Origin: Spirochaetia bacterium
GTDB lineage: Bacteria; Spirochaetota; Spirochaetia; DSM-27196; Salinispiraceae
Length of the DNA stretch: 64,000 bases
NCBI GenBank assembly: GCA_038204425.1
Contig: JBBRCZ010000002.1
Coordinates: 220,222-284,221 of the forward strand
Reading direction: 5' to 3'
A program made the translations under genes and the position numbers. Within the stretch, counting starts at the first letter, position 1. Each line of letters starts with the position of its first letter. Below, one piece after another: positions 18,599 to 29,477 of the stretch. The notes under the pieces were generated by a model that worked only from the letters and a program-made list of their open reading frames with translations, was not told where the DNA came from and searched no databases.

Positions 18599-18906
18599 GA
18601 TAGCGCTCCTTTGGCTTTCTGGTCGTACAAGTGCTTTTTCCCGCCAAACGGCGGCATCTTCTGTGAAGTATAAAATCTCAAATCTGTAAGTCAAGGCCTT
18701 GAGCAAATATAAATGAAAAAAAGAACAATATAACAAAGTCACGTCAAAAAGATAAGATTGCAGAGTGCCGAATAATTGAAATTAGTCTATAAATCGTTGA
18801 ATCTGTACGTCGAGTTCTCTCCAAAAAGCAAGTTTTCGGTGTTTTTGTAATCTACAATTAAGAGTGGCAGTCGACGACAAGGGTTACGTTGTAATCACTT
18901 CGATAA

Positions 18907-18945
18907 TCCCACAACATGGGCCAAGGGATGGTCCCACAAAATGGG
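18907..18945. promoter_or_regulatory. Two copies of a palindromic motif TCCCACAA(C/A)ATGGG; candidate operator
   Basis: Copies at 18907-18920 and 18932-18945, each CCCA-N5-TGGG, 25 bp apart, upstream of the lipoprotein gene. Confidence 0.45.
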
Positions 18946-19014
18946 GGAAGACTGACTGGCAGATAGAAGTAAAAATTTGATCTGTCCCATTTCATGCCCA
19001 CAAGGGGGCCCAGT

Positions 19015-21699
19015 ATGTTTGAAAAAATCGGAAGAATATCAGGTGTTTTGGCGCTAGCAATGTTAGCTGCCTTGTCTATTGTCTCGTGTGCGATAGCCAC
19101 TTTACCTTTTGAAGGTGATGCCGGTTCTGCCTTCTCAAGGGCAGCCGGCCCCAACTTGCTAAGCAACCCTGGATTTGAGACTGCTGGAGCCTCAGGTTGG
19201 ACAGAAACACTCTCGGCCTCCATCTATGCCTTTGACGCCAGCGCCGCTGGAGAGTACAAGAGTGGAAGCAAGGCACGAGGCTACTGGCTCAACTCTGGCT
19301 CCACGGGCACTGTTGAGCTTAAGCAGAGCGTGAGCGTTAGTGCTGGTACGTACACTGCCAAGGTGTGGACACGGCTTGATGGAAGCAGCGCCAACTACAA
19401 ACGACTCAAAGTGGTTCAGGGTGGTTCAACAGTTGCCTCGGCCAATCTGCCTGTCGGCAGCACCTATGCACAGACAGTCATAAGCGGAATTAGTCTATCT
19501 GCTGGCACGGCAACTTTTGTCGTGGACTATGAGGTTCCTAATGGCAACGTATATTTGACCGTTGATGATGCCGAGTTATTTAATGAAGGTACAAGTACCA
19601 CGACCACTGCCGGTGGTACGACTACAACGGTTAGCTCTGGGAACATTATCTATGTCAAAACAAGCGGCAACGACACTACTGGCAATGGTACCGATGGAAA
19701 TGCCTACCGAACGATAGTAAAGGCAGCCAGTGTAGCCACAAGTGGCAAGACCATAAATGTTGGATCCGGTACCTTTAGCGAAACAGCCGCTATTCAACTG
19801 CCTCTTGGAGTCAGTCTGGTTGGTGCAGGTCAGGGCTCGACCATAATTACCTCAAGTGGAGCAGTGCCAGTTATAAACGCAGGCGTTTCCTCTTCTGACG
19901 CCAACTGGAAATTAGTTTATGATGGTTCGCTGATTGTCTTGGCTTCTCAGCATCGGACCACTTTCCGAAATAACACAAGTTCTGCAGTTGCGCCTGCCAA
20001 TGGCAATCAAACTCTCTCAGGCTTTACGGTTGATGGTAACAACAAGACTATTAAGGCAGGTGTTTGGGTAGAAAACCGCAACAACGTAACGATGCATCAC
20101 GTTACCTTTACCAAGCTCGATATGCGTGGAGCAGTCTTTGGCCCAGGCGACAAGGACTGGTACGTAGAACCCGCGTACTACATGACCGGCATCAATATCT
20201 ATGATTGTATCTTTACCGATTCTGGCAAAGATATTTCTGGTGAAACTATAGGCAACCTAAACCTTGCTCAACTTGATGGAGCCAATGTCTACAACATTAC
20301 CATCAACGATACTGCCGGTTATGGTATCAAGTTTATCTATGATGGCTACTTTAAAAACACCAAAGTTTACAACGTGACCATTAGCTTAAACGAATCTGAC
20401 CCACTGTGGGGTGAGGATATAGCAATTGAGCTTTGGAACCTTGGACCTGGCAACGAAGTCTACAATGTAACTTGCAACACTTGGCTGTCGATGGTTAACC
20501 ATCCAGGAATCTTTGCCAATCCCGCCAGTGCAGGTACCAACCTCAAGCTGTACAACATCCGCATGGTGGACAACGATGCAAGCTCAAGCAAAGAAGCGGT
20601 AGAGATAGCATTGCCTGGTGTAGAAATCTATAATTCTTTGTTTCAAAATAAGGGCTTTGGCGTGGCAGCTTGGGATGCAGGCGGTTACAAAGTTTCTATC
20701 CACAACAACATTTTTTACAACTCGGTTGAACAAAGTTCTTGGGCCAAAGGTGGTGTTTACCTAGACAATAGTACAGGACGCACCTACTCAAACATAAACA
20801 TCTACAACAATGTTTTTGACAAATATTCTGACGCTGTTACTCTCAAAAACTCGGGCGGTGGTATCAATACGGTCAACATCAAGAATAATGTCTTCCTGAA
20901 TGTCTCTGCAAAGCACCTAAACGCTGTTGGTTCGAGCATAGTCTTCCAATACAACCAAACCAGCAATACGCTCAACCAGACCGGGGCAACGACTAATTCT
21001 AACAACTACGTTTCGAGTGCAACTGGTTTTAACGCTAGTGGCGACCGTTTGACCAATTGGTACAAGCCTTCTTCATCGGGTGCGTATGTGATAGACAAGG
21101 GCGCTAACGTTGGCATCGCTTATAATGGTAGTGCTCCAGACTTGGGCGCCTTTGAGTTTGCAACAGGTGGCACAACTACTACCACTGTTGCAAGCACAAC
21201 TAGTACCAGTTCGTCGACCAGCACAAGCACTACAGTGGCCGGAACCACCTCGACCAGCAGTTCCACAAGTACAAGCACCTCTACCACGGTTGCAGGAGGC
21301 TTTACAGCAGGAACGTACAAAATGTCGGCTGTGTCTGCCTCGCCGCTTATAATCCAAACTGACAGTTATGCCGGTTGTTCCAACTACAATCAGACCTATA
21401 GTGGATCAGGTAACCAGAAGTGGATAATAACAGCGGTTGGTGCGTATTACAAGATTGTAGGCTTGCAGTATGGTTATTGTCTGGAAGGCAATTCCAATGA
21501 TGTAAAGAGTGCCAGCTATACAGGCGTTGACCAGCAACTATGGTCGATTGTTAGCCTCGGCGGCGGTCAGTACAAGGTTCTCAACAAGCTAAGTGGCAAT
21601 GCGGTGCGTGTTCAGGACTTGTACAGTGGTAATCCATTAAAAGAGGAAGCTTACAACGGTTCCGACAACGACTTCAAATGGACCTTTGCAGCACCTTAA
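19015..21699 (+). CDS. Large secreted lipoprotein: CBM4/9-like domain, DUF1565-like/right-handed beta-helix core, Ser/Thr linker, ricin-type beta-trefoil
   Basis: Lipobox-like LSIVSC; NLLSNPGFE; IYVKTSGNDTTGNGT..AYRTI; Asn-rich parallel beta-helix repeats; GSAPDLGAFEF; QKW and QLW ricin motifs. Confidence 0.75.
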   Translation: MFEKIGRISGVLALAMLAALSIVSCAIATLPFEGDAGSAFSRAAGPNLLSNPGFETAGASGWTETLSASIYAFDASAAGEYKSGSKARGYWLNSGSTGTVELKQSVSVSAGTYTAKVWTRLDGSSANYKRLKVVQGGSTVASANLPVGSTYAQTVISGISLSAGTATFVVDYEVPNGNVYLTVDDAELFNEGTSTTTTAGGTTTTVSSGNIIYVKTSGNDTTGNGTDGNAYRTIVKAASVATSGKTINVGSGTFSETAAIQLPLGVSLVGAGQGSTIITSSGAVPVINAGVSSSDANWKLVYDGSLIVLASQHRTTFRNNTSSAVAPANGNQTLSGFTVDGNNKTIKAGVWVENRNNVTMHHVTFTKLDMRGAVFGPGDKDWYVEPAYYMTGINIYDCIFTDSGKDISGETIGNLNLAQLDGANVYNITINDTAGYGIKFIYDGYFKNTKVYNVTISLNESDPLWGEDIAIELWNLGPGNEVYNVTCNTWLSMVNHPGIFANPASAGTNLKLYNIRMVDNDASSSKEAVEIALPGVEIYNSLFQNKGFGVAAWDAGGYKVSIHNNIFYNSVEQSSWAKGGVYLDNSTGRTYSNINIYNNVFDKYSDAVTLKNSGGGINTVNIKNNVFLNVSAKHLNAVGSSIVFQYNQTSNTLNQTGATTNSNNYVSSATGFNASGDRLTNWYKPSSSGAYVIDKGANVGIAYNGSAPDLGAFEFATGGTTTTTVASTTSTSSSTSTSTTVAGTTSTSSSTSTSTSTTVAGGFTAGTYKMSAVSASPLIIQTDSYAGCSNYNQTYSGSGNQKWIITAVGAYYKIVGLQYGYCLEGNSNDVKSASYTGVDQQLWSIVSLGGGQYKVLNKLSGNAVRVQDLYSGNPLKEEAYNGSDNDFKWTFAAP

Positions 21700-21756
21700 C
21701 TAAAGAATAGACAAGCTGCGTGTGCAGCCTTGTAAAGCATGGGTAAAGAAGTGAGT

Positions 21757-21793
21757 AGCTGCCTTCGAATAGGATTCGAAGGCAGCTTTTTTT
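21757..21793 (+). terminator. Intrinsic terminator
   Basis: AGCTGCCTTCGAAT-AGG-ATTCGAAGGCAGCT followed by a T run. Confidence 0.9.
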
Positions 21794-21825
21794 GCCAATG
21801 TCAGCATGCAGGCTCTATGGCGGGA

Positions 21826-22683
21826 CTAGGGTAAGGTCAGCCCGCGCCAACGCACGTAGTGCTCAAGGCTTTGGAACTGATAGCCCCGGCTACGAAGTTG
21901 ATCAATCAATTGGGGCAGGAGTTCTCTAATGGTCGGGTGAATATCGTGCATCAAGACAATACCCGATTGCACGCCGTCAGCTTGCTTTAAAAGACGTTGC
22001 AACATTCTTTTGACTTTGTCGGCGTATTCTTTGCTGTTTGCATTGTAGCGTCGATGTGCGCGACGATACCATTCGCCCTTAACCCATTCCAAGGAGTCAC
22101 CTGAGTCCCAACTCTCAGTCCAGTTGAAGACGAGCGCGCGACTTGCCAGTACAGAACTTACCCGTTTGCGCTCGGCTGCACTATGCCAGTTACCATACCA
22201 TGGGGAGCCCCAAGGCGGGCGAAAATATTTGAGTCTCGGACTTTTGTCTTTAAGTACCTCATCAAGGTGTTTTTGCAAAATTTCCAATTCAGCTATCATC
22301 TGCCGGGTACTTAGCGAGGTAAAGTCAGGGTGAGAAAAAGAATGACTGCCAATTAGGTGTCCCTCGTCCACTAAGCGCTCCAGTGCTTTTTTAAAAGCAG
22401 GGAGTTGGTTCTTGTGGCCTCTGTTTTCTTTATCAAGATCGCGCATAAAAGAGTTGATAAAAAAGCTGGCCTTTACATTTTTTGCCTTGAGAACATCAAG
22501 AATTTCTTCAGTAAAGTCACCAGGTCCATCGTCAAAAGTTAGATATATGGTAGATGGTGGAAGCGGGTCGCCTGAGTAGTAGCCAGGCGGATAGCTGCTT
22601 GCATCACGTGGTGCATCAGTTTGAGCAAGAATGGAAACTAAAGACAAGGCAAGTAAGCTTAAGACAAAGAACTGTTTCTTCAT
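21826..22683 (-). CDS. Secreted polysaccharide deacetylase (CE4/NodB homology)
   Basis: Signal peptide; LTFDDGP, HSFSHP, FRPPWG and LMHD motifs. Confidence 0.92.
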   Translation of the reverse strand: MKKQFFVLSLLALSLVSILAQTDAPRDASSYPPGYYSGDPLPPSTIYLTFDDGPGDFTEEILDVLKAKNVKASFFINSFMRDLDKENRGHKNQLPAFKKALERLVDEGHLIGSHSFSHPDFTSLSTRQMIAELEILQKHLDEVLKDKSPRLKYFRPPWGSPWYGNWHSAAERKRVSSVLASRALVFNWTESWDSGDSLEWVKGEWYRRAHRRYNANSKEYADKVKRMLQRLLKQADGVQSGIVLMHDIHPTIRELLPQLIDQLRSRGYQFQSLEHYVRWRGLTLP

Positions 22684-22781
22684 AGCGCACCTTAACATGA
22701 GCAGTCAAAACAATAAATATTGCCAATGGGCTCTTGTGAAATAATGCTGGCCAGTGGCATTATACCGACAGAGGAGTCCAG

Positions 22782-23957
22782 ATGAACTTGCCACAAGGAT
22801 TTAATTGCCGAGAGAGCAGCGAAGATGGCCAGACACTTTTTTCGATTGATTCTGGAGATGGTTATGCGATTGAACTATCTAATTTTGGCGCGAGTGTGCG
22901 CTCATTCACCGTCGATGGCTTGGAAATAACGGTAGGACTTCCTGATGCAAAGTCTTACCGTAGCAATAATTACTTTCATGCGGTCACCGTTGGTCGCTAT
23001 GCCAACCGAATTAAACACGGTAAGACCACGGTTGAGGGCAAACAGCTCAGCTTGCCCATCAATAACGCGGACAACCATTTGCACGGCGGTCCCGGCGGTT
23101 TTCACAATCTACTTTGGGAGGCCCACCTGGTCAGCCAGCTGGTTGAGATCGACGGAGTGCAGAAAAATGGCGTAGGGGTGATCTTTAGCCTGGATAGTAA
23201 AGAAGGCGACCAAGGCTATCCTGGCAATGTCAAAGTCCAGACTTTAATTCTGCTGGTAAAAGACGGTGGGCTACTATTTGCTTATCGTGCCGTAACGGAC
23301 AAGGCAACACCTTTTAATATGACCAATCACACTTATTGGAACTTAGCGGGAGCAGGAAAAGATTCCGTGCACCAACATCGTTTGGTGCTCGATAGTGTTG
23401 GTTATTTTGACACACCGACTGGTATCCCTGATGGTACACTATCTGCAATGAAGGGCTCTGCCTTTGATTTTTCTACACCACGAATTTTGGAAGAAGTTAT
23501 AGCAGAACGTGGAGTTGCACCACGGCCGGAAGGAGTAAAAGGAGTGGATCACAACTTTGTTATTGATCCCAAAGCTCCTCAAACTGCACTTGCCTTGGTA
23601 ACCCCACTTTGTTTTACGCTCAAAACAGAACAAGCATTTAAAGTCTCTCTTAGGCGGGCCGCTGTTCTTAGACTCAAAGGGCTATCAATGCAAGTTTTAA
23701 CCGACAAACCTGGGCTGCAAGTTTATACCGGCAACTTTATGGCTGGTGGTCCAGGCCGCAACGGCCCGCTTGCTCCTAACACTGCTGTCTGCCTAGAATC
23801 ACAGCTTTTTCCCGATAGTCCTAACCAAGTTGAAGCATATAAAAAGATTGGTGCAAGTCTTGGTTTTGCTCAGGCTGAGCTTGACAGTTGGGACGGGATT
23901 CTTGCCGCCAAGAAGCTCTACCAAAGCATGACCTATCACCAGTTCTATAAGGCCTAA
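22782..23957 (+). CDS. galM: Aldose 1-epimerase (mutarotase)
   Basis: VGRYANRI, NHLHGG, GYPGN, NMTNHTYWNL, QVYTGN and CLESQ motifs. Confidence 0.93.
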   Translation: MNLPQGFNCRESSEDGQTLFSIDSGDGYAIELSNFGASVRSFTVDGLEITVGLPDAKSYRSNNYFHAVTVGRYANRIKHGKTTVEGKQLSLPINNADNHLHGGPGGFHNLLWEAHLVSQLVEIDGVQKNGVGVIFSLDSKEGDQGYPGNVKVQTLILLVKDGGLLFAYRAVTDKATPFNMTNHTYWNLAGAGKDSVHQHRLVLDSVGYFDTPTGIPDGTLSAMKGSAFDFSTPRILEEVIAERGVAPRPEGVKGVDHNFVIDPKAPQTALALVTPLCFTLKTEQAFKVSLRRAAVLRLKGLSMQVLTDKPGLQVYTGNFMAGGPGRNGPLAPNTAVCLESQLFPDSPNQVEAYKKIGASLGFAQAELDSWDGILAAKKLYQSMTYHQFYKA

Positions 23958-23969
23958 GTGCTCTCAAAC

Positions 23970-24037
23970 AAAAAAAGCTGACCTAGCTTGAGCTGTCTTC
24001 CTTTAGGTGGACAGCTCAGTTTAGGGTCAGCTTTTTT
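23970..24037. terminator. Bidirectional intrinsic terminator between convergent galM and tkt
   Basis: A7, long imperfect hairpin (GCTGACC..TGAGCTGTC / GACAGCTCA..GGTCAGC), then T6. Confidence 0.85.
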
Positions 24038-24083
24038 ATAGCTTACAGGTACCTTGCCGGATGCGGCTATAATTTACTGTTTA

Positions 24084-26144
24084 CTAAAGTTTACCGTTTA
24101 CTAAGTCTGCAACACCTTGGGCGTCGATGCAGAAGTGGGCTGCAACCTTTTCGCCGGGGCCGGACTCTCCAAAACGTGATACTCCAAGGAAGTTTTCTTC
24201 TTCTACTAAACCTGCCCAACTAAAGTAATGGCCAGCTTCAACTGCATACAGCTTTGCGCTGGTTGGCAAAAAGGCCCCAGGAAGTTTTTTGGCTCGACGA
24301 GCAGCTCGGAAGCGTTCCATAGAAGGAATAGACAGCACTTGAACCTTCTTACCTTCTGAGTTGAGCTTTTCGGCAGCAGTAAGCGCTGCACCAAGTTCGC
24401 TACCAGTTGCAAGAATTACCGTGTCTGCATTTGTAGTAGCCAGAGCAAGATAGGCACCAAAGTTTTTGACGCTTTCTTTCCAATCAGCAGGCTTTACAAA
24501 AACAGTGAGATTTTGGCGCGTAAGTGCCAAAACAACTGGCCCTGTTGTTGGATCAAAGCTCGTCAAGGCGCGTTCGCGCTGATTGGCATGAGCTGCGTGA
24601 TGAGTGCCAATACCTTTTGCCAAAGCGAGTTCCCAAGCATAGGCTGTTTCTTCGGCATCCGCAGGACGCAAGACCTCAAGGTTGGACATGGAGCGCAATG
24701 AAGCCAAGTGCTCAACTGGTTGGTGAGTTGGACCGTCTTCGCCAACCCAAAAACTGTCATGGGTAAAAACAAAGATCGATGGGATCTTCATGATGGCTGC
24801 CAATCTAATGGCTGGGCGCATATAGTCGGCAAAAACCATAAAGGTAGCACCATAACACTTGAGGCCTTGGTGCAATACTATGCCGTTGACGATGTTTCCC
24901 ATGCCATGCTCGCGCACTCCAAAGTGCAAGTTGCGACCAGAACGGCTGTCTTTCTGGAAGTGGCCACCGTTTTTGATGTCAGTGTTATTAGAAGGAGCCA
25001 AGTCAGCTGAACCACCAATGAGGTGGGGCAATGCCGCAGCAGCGGATTGAATAGACTGACCACTGGCAGAGCGTGTTGCAAGCTTGGTGCCGACGGCCCA
25101 TGTTGGCCAAGTAATTGCGGGTGCCGCTTTGATGCCATGGGCTATGTCCCAGCTATCTTTGAGGGCGGGATTTGCCTTGGACCAAGCTGCAAAAAGGTCT
25201 TGCCAAGCCTGGTAGGACTTCTTCCAGCCCTTGGCTTGTTCCGCAATAAAGCTTTGTACCGCGGGCGCTACGTCAAAGTCTAACTCAGGGTTGAGGCCCA
25301 AGGCCAACTTGGTTGCCTTGATTTCGTCGGCTCCCAAGGGTGCACCGTGTACTTCGTGACTACCAGCCTTGTTTGGTGAGCCATATCCAATGATGGTATC
25401 CAAAACTATCAGACTTGGCTTGCCCGTTTCGGCCTTGGCCGCAGCAATTTGGGCTTCAATAGCGCCAAGGTCGTAGCCAGAGGCGCGCAGAATCTGCCAA
25501 CCGTAGGCTTCAAAACGCAGGGCAACATCTTCGGTAAAGGCCAATCCAGTTTCGCCCTCGATAGTAATGCGGTTAGAATCGTAGAATGCAATCAGCTTGC
25601 CAAATCCTTGGTGCCCAGCAAAGGATGCTGCTTCGGCACTGACACCTTCCATTAGACAGCCGTCACCGGCGATAGTGTAGGTGTAGTGGTCAACTATTGT
25701 GTGGTCGGCAGTATTGAAGCGTGCTGCCAAAATTGTTTCTGCCATAGCCATACCTACAGCATTGGCAAAACCTGCCCCCAACGGGCCTGTTGTAGTTTCT
25801 ACGCCATCGGTCAAGCCAAACTCGGGGTGGCCAGGCGTGAGACTTCCCAACTGACGAAAAGCCTTGAGATCGTCCAAGCTCAGCTTGTAGCCGCTAAGAT
25901 GCAACAATGAGTAAATAAACATACTGCCATGACCGGCCGACAAAACAAAGCGGTCACGATCGGGCCAGCTGGGCGTGGCTGGGTTGTGCTTAAGAACATT
26001 AGAAAAAAGCAAAGCGCCAAGGTCTGCCAAACCGAGTGGTAGACCGGGGTGGCCCGAGTTGGCCTTTTGAACGCCGTCGATTGAAAGTCCACGGATGGCC
26101 GAAGCCAGAGTACGAACAGATGCATGCAAGGAATTAGTTGCCAT
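24084..26144 (-). CDS. tkt: Transketolase
   Basis: [35 protein letters not shown] and GEDGPTHQP. Confidence 0.97.
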   Translation of the reverse strand: MATNSLHASVRTLASAIRGLSIDGVQKANSGHPGLPLGLADLGALLFSNVLKHNPATPSWPDRDRFVLSAGHGSMFIYSLLHLSGYKLSLDDLKAFRQLGSLTPGHPEFGLTDGVETTTGPLGAGFANAVGMAMAETILAARFNTADHTIVDHYTYTIAGDGCLMEGVSAEAASFAGHQGFGKLIAFYDSNRITIEGETGLAFTEDVALRFEAYGWQILRASGYDLGAIEAQIAAAKAETGKPSLIVLDTIIGYGSPNKAGSHEVHGAPLGADEIKATKLALGLNPELDFDVAPAVQSFIAEQAKGWKKSYQAWQDLFAAWSKANPALKDSWDIAHGIKAAPAITWPTWAVGTKLATRSASGQSIQSAAAALPHLIGGSADLAPSNNTDIKNGGHFQKDSRSGRNLHFGVREHGMGNIVNGIVLHQGLKCYGATFMVFADYMRPAIRLAAIMKIPSIFVFTHDSFWVGEDGPTHQPVEHLASLRSMSNLEVLRPADAEETAYAWELALAKGIGTHHAAHANQRERALTSFDPTTGPVVLALTRQNLTVFVKPADWKESVKNFGAYLALATTNADTVILATGSELGAALTAAEKLNSEGKKVQVLSIPSMERFRAARRAKKLPGAFLPTSAKLYAVEAGHYFSWAGLVEEENFLGVSRFGESGPGEKVAAHFCIDAQGVADLVNGKL

Positions 26145-26233
26145 TGAAATATATTCTCCTTAAAAGATGCCGGGGTGACAAACTAGTCAACTGAACGCTT
26201 TGCTCAGTCGACTTTGTAAGTTTATAGTTGATT

Positions 26234-27874
26234 TTAGTCGCCTGACTTGCCTATGGCAAGGGACTGGTTTGTGACAAGGGTTTGAAAGTGCTTTACCAAC
26301 TTTGCAAGGTAGTCTTCTTGATAAAAAAGTGCAGTCTCGGGGTTTGGCAGTACAGGTTTTGCACCGTCGAGTATGGCGGCACAGGCTTCGGCTATCCAAG
26401 CTTGACGCTTATCTGCCTCAATAACGGCAGCACCAGCGGCCACTGCGGTTCCCAAGGCGGCGCCGGCTCGTCCAATTACTACCACTGGACAGTTCCATAT
26501 GTCTGCAACGCGTTGCACAATATATTTGTTGGCACTTGGCCCACCTGAGAGGTAGAGCGTCTTGGTCTGTGGCGCAAAGCTTGCCGAAAAGTGACGCACT
26601 AGGGCCAAAGCAGAATCGACTAGTCCTGCGTAATCGTGAGCAAAGTCAATGGGCAGATTGTCGTTTCTGCTTAGTTCCAAAGCTGGTGAGAGAGGAAAGC
26701 TTTCGGTGTCGGGCTGCCAGACTCGCAAGGCTGTACCGGGCTTTACCGTCGCCAAAGCTTGATCGCAGGCTGCAAAATCGGTCAAAGACAAACCATACTG
26801 CGTGCGGATACGATCCCAAACCAAGGCACCGTTGGTTCGGCAGCCGAAACAGAAGGGGCGACCAAGGCCGTCATACATAGCGTTGGCAGAACCGCTTAGG
26901 TCAACCGCGCCTTGAGTGGAGGCCATCATGACAAAGCTGGTTCCGAGACTCAAAAGTGCACCATCGATCAGCACCTTGGTCTGCGGATTATCGCCAGAGC
27001 CAACTACAACCTTACAGTCGACCGAAAAACCGTAGTTTTGAACAAAGTACTTTGCTAAGGTGCCCACTATTTGCAAGGGATGGGCAAGAGCTGGCAGCTT
27101 GGCTTGCAGTGCTTTGGATCCACCAGGTAGATCTTTGGCACAAGCATCTATCAGCGTTTGGCTGTAGCTTTGAGCATGATAATCCATGAGGCTGGTGCCG
27201 GCGGCGTTACCATAGTCCCAGGCCACATCAGCTGTGCCAGCCAAAACAGCTGGTACAAAGTCAGAAATGAGCAGAATTTTTTCGGTCTCTTGATAGAGCT
27301 TAGGAAACTGCTGACCCACGCGACGGATCACAGCTCCGGTAAAACGCAAGGGACTGTCAGAACCAGACAGCTTAATCATAGCTTCTTTGCCACCAACTGC
27401 TTGGCGTAGCTCGTCAGCTTGAGAGCTGGTGTTTGAGGTCTTCCAGATTGGTGCTGTTCCATAGCTAAAGGCGTTGGCAAAAAGATCTGCTAAGTTCTTG
27501 CCCTGGGGTAGATCTGACTTTAAGGCTTCAAATGCCTTGAGCGAAGCTTTGTTGAGGTAGACATGGCCATGCTGCTGACCTGAGCTGTTGACCGACACAA
27601 TCTGGGAAAGATCGATACCCTGCTGCCTTAGGTCTGCAAAAATAGCATCAAGCGACGCCAAAAAAAGCCTAGGTGGTTGATCGGCTTCGCCGCTTTCTCG
27701 AGCAGGAACGATCATGGTTTCAAAGTCTATACCGAAGCCTTGTAGGCGAGCGTCATTGCGATAGGAGACTGACTTTTCGGCTACGGTTTGCTTGCTGTCT
27801 ATGTCAATAATAAAGGCAGTTAGACTCTGTGTACTGGAGTCCAGGCCTAGGGCGAGACGACGTGTTTGGCTCAT
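26234..27874 (-). CDS. xylB: Xylulokinase, FGGY family (eukaryote-like subtype)
   Basis: LGLDSSTQS, SGQQHG, RFTG, GDNP and SLGTS motifs; lies between xylA and tkt. Confidence 0.82.
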   Translation of the reverse strand: MSQTRRLALGLDSSTQSLTAFIIDIDSKQTVAEKSVSYRNDARLQGFGIDFETMIVPARESGEADQPPRLFLASLDAIFADLRQQGIDLSQIVSVNSSGQQHGHVYLNKASLKAFEALKSDLPQGKNLADLFANAFSYGTAPIWKTSNTSSQADELRQAVGGKEAMIKLSGSDSPLRFTGAVIRRVGQQFPKLYQETEKILLISDFVPAVLAGTADVAWDYGNAAGTSLMDYHAQSYSQTLIDACAKDLPGGSKALQAKLPALAHPLQIVGTLAKYFVQNYGFSVDCKVVVGSGDNPQTKVLIDGALLSLGTSFVMMASTQGAVDLSGSANAMYDGLGRPFCFGCRTNGALVWDRIRTQYGLSLTDFAACDQALATVKPGTALRVWQPDTESFPLSPALELSRNDNLPIDFAHDYAGLVDSALALVRHFSASFAPQTKTLYLSGGPSANKYIVQRVADIWNCPVVVIGRAGAALGTAVAAGAAVIEADKRQAWIAEACAAILDGAKPVLPNPETALFYQEDYLAKLVKHFQTLVTNQSLAIGKSGD

Positions 27875-27908
27875 GGATTGTTACCTCTGTTCGCAAAGGG
27901 TTGATTTT

Positions 27909-28010
27909 GGGGGCAAACTAGTGGCCCCGGGAGCGGATAGAACGAGACCCCCGCCGCCTTATGCGGCGGAGGCTCGGGCGTAAGGGGAGACTTCCCCTTG
28001 CAAAAAAAAA
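27909..28010. repeat. Cluster of three GC-rich inverted repeats in the xylA-xylB spacer (REP-like)
   Basis: GGGGC..GCCCC (27910-27928), CGAG..CCGCCGC/GCGGCGG..CTCG (27943-27976) and GTAAGGGGA/TCCCCTTGC (27980-28001). Confidence 0.6.
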
Positions 28011-29318
28011 TTAAATGTAGGTGTTGTAAAGGGCTTCCAACATTTCTTGGCGACCGCTGTCGAGCTTAGGCTCGTGGGCCAAGGCATATTTTTCGAGTTC
28101 TTCAAAACCAACTTTGCCAGCTAGAATGTCGGCACCAATGCCAGACTTGTAACTTGAGTAGCGCTTGGTTACAAAGTCGTCGAGTTGTTTGTCGTCGAGG
28201 ATCTTCTGCGCAATAATTAGGCCGCGAGCAAAGGCGTCCATGCCGGCAATGTGCGCCATGGCAAGGTCTTCGGGGGTGTGGCTTGGGCGACGTACTTTGG
28301 CGTCAAAGTTGAGTCCACCTTTGCCAAGTCCGCCGTTGCGCAAGATTTCCAACATCATGCCGCTGGTGATGTAGAGATCGGTTGGGAATTGGTCAGTATC
28401 CCAACCAAGTAGCAAGTCACCCATGTTGGCGTCAACTGAACCAAGGATGCCGTTGGTACGGGCAAAGGTGAGTTCGTGTTGGATGGTATGGCCTGCCAAA
28501 GTGGCATGGTTGGTTTCGATGTTCATCTTAAAGTCTTTTTCTAGACCGTTGGCGATCAAGAAGCCAAACACCGACTGGCTGTCAAAGTCGTACTGGTGCT
28601 TGGTTGGTTCTTTTGGCTTTGGTTCGATAAGGAACTGGCCGGTAAAGCCAATCTTCTTAGCGTAGTCGACGGCCATGTGTAAGAAACGTGCAAGATTGTC
28701 AGTTTCCAACTTCATGTCGGTGTTGAGAATGGTTTCGTATCCTTCTCGGCCACCCCAGAATACGTAGTTGTCACCGCCAAGTTCTTTGGTAACTTCGATA
28801 GCCTTCTTAACCTGAGCTGCTGCGTAAGCAAAAACTTCGGCGTTGGGGCTGGTAGAAGCGCCTTGGGCAAAACGAGGATTGGAGAAGGCGTTAGTGGTTC
28901 CCCACAAAAGCTTGGTTGGGCTTGATTTCATCAATTGAGCAGTTAGCTTAACGATGTGGTCCAAGTTTTTGTTGGTCTCGGTCAGGTTCTTGCCTTCGGG
29001 GGCAATATCACGATCGTGAAAGCAAAAGAAAGGAATGTCGAGTTTTTCGGTCAACTCAAAGAGTCCGTGCATGCGAGCTTCGGCCTTCTTGAGTGGGTCG
29101 GTTTCGCTGTTCCATGGGCGCAAAGCTGTTTCGCCACCAAATGGGTCTGAGCCGCCACCAACAAAGGTGTGCCAATAAGCCATGGAAAAACGAAGGTGTT
29201 CCTTCATTGTCTTGCCGCCGACCTTTTGGTCAGCCTTGTAATAACGGAAGGCCAATGGATCGCGAGAATCTGGACCTTCAAACTTGATTTTTGGGATTTC
29301 CGGGAAAGTCTGAGACAT
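28011..29318 (-). CDS. xylA: Xylose isomerase (class II)
   Basis: [36 protein letters not shown] and [16 protein letters not shown]. Confidence 0.97.
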   Translation of the reverse strand: MSQTFPEIPKIKFEGPDSRDPLAFRYYKADQKVGGKTMKEHLRFSMAYWHTFVGGGSDPFGGETALRPWNSETDPLKKAEARMHGLFELTEKLDIPFFCFHDRDIAPEGKNLTETNKNLDHIVKLTAQLMKSSPTKLLWGTTNAFSNPRFAQGASTSPNAEVFAYAAAQVKKAIEVTKELGGDNYVFWGGREGYETILNTDMKLETDNLARFLHMAVDYAKKIGFTGQFLIEPKPKEPTKHQYDFDSQSVFGFLIANGLEKDFKMNIETNHATLAGHTIQHELTFARTNGILGSVDANMGDLLLGWDTDQFPTDLYITSGMMLEILRNGGLGKGGLNFDAKVRRPSHTPEDLAMAHIAGMDAFARGLIIAQKILDDKQLDDFVTKRYSSYKSGIGADILAGKVGFEELEKYALAHEPKLDSGRQEMLEALYNTYI

Positions 29319-29441
29319 ATAAGGGCTCCTGTTTGAACATAGTAGCGGTCTTTTTAGACTTTGGGAATGCAAAAAGCAAAAGCTTGATATATAAAATTGA
29401 ACTGAGGACGTGCTTCTTGCTCGTCATAAGCCGCGCTGTGC

Positions 29442-29470
29442 TTGACAATATGCGTATATACGCCTATACG
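29442..29470 (+). promoter_or_regulatory. Putative sigma-70 promoter overlapping an imperfect palindrome (candidate ArsR operator)
   Basis: TTGACA, 17-bp spacer, TATACG; the spacer contains the palindrome GCGTATATACGC. Confidence 0.55.
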
Positions 29471-29477
29471 GATATGC

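Noticed and set aside
18600..19014. c-di-GMP riboswitch next to the PilZ gene
   Set aside because: I could not find the conserved GEMM elements by eye; an Rfam search would be needed
27921..27976. TGGCCCCGGGAGCGGATAGAAC resembles the reverse complement of a tRNA 3' end
   Set aside because: No pairing T-stem, anticodon arm or acceptor stem could be built; better explained as GC-rich hairpins
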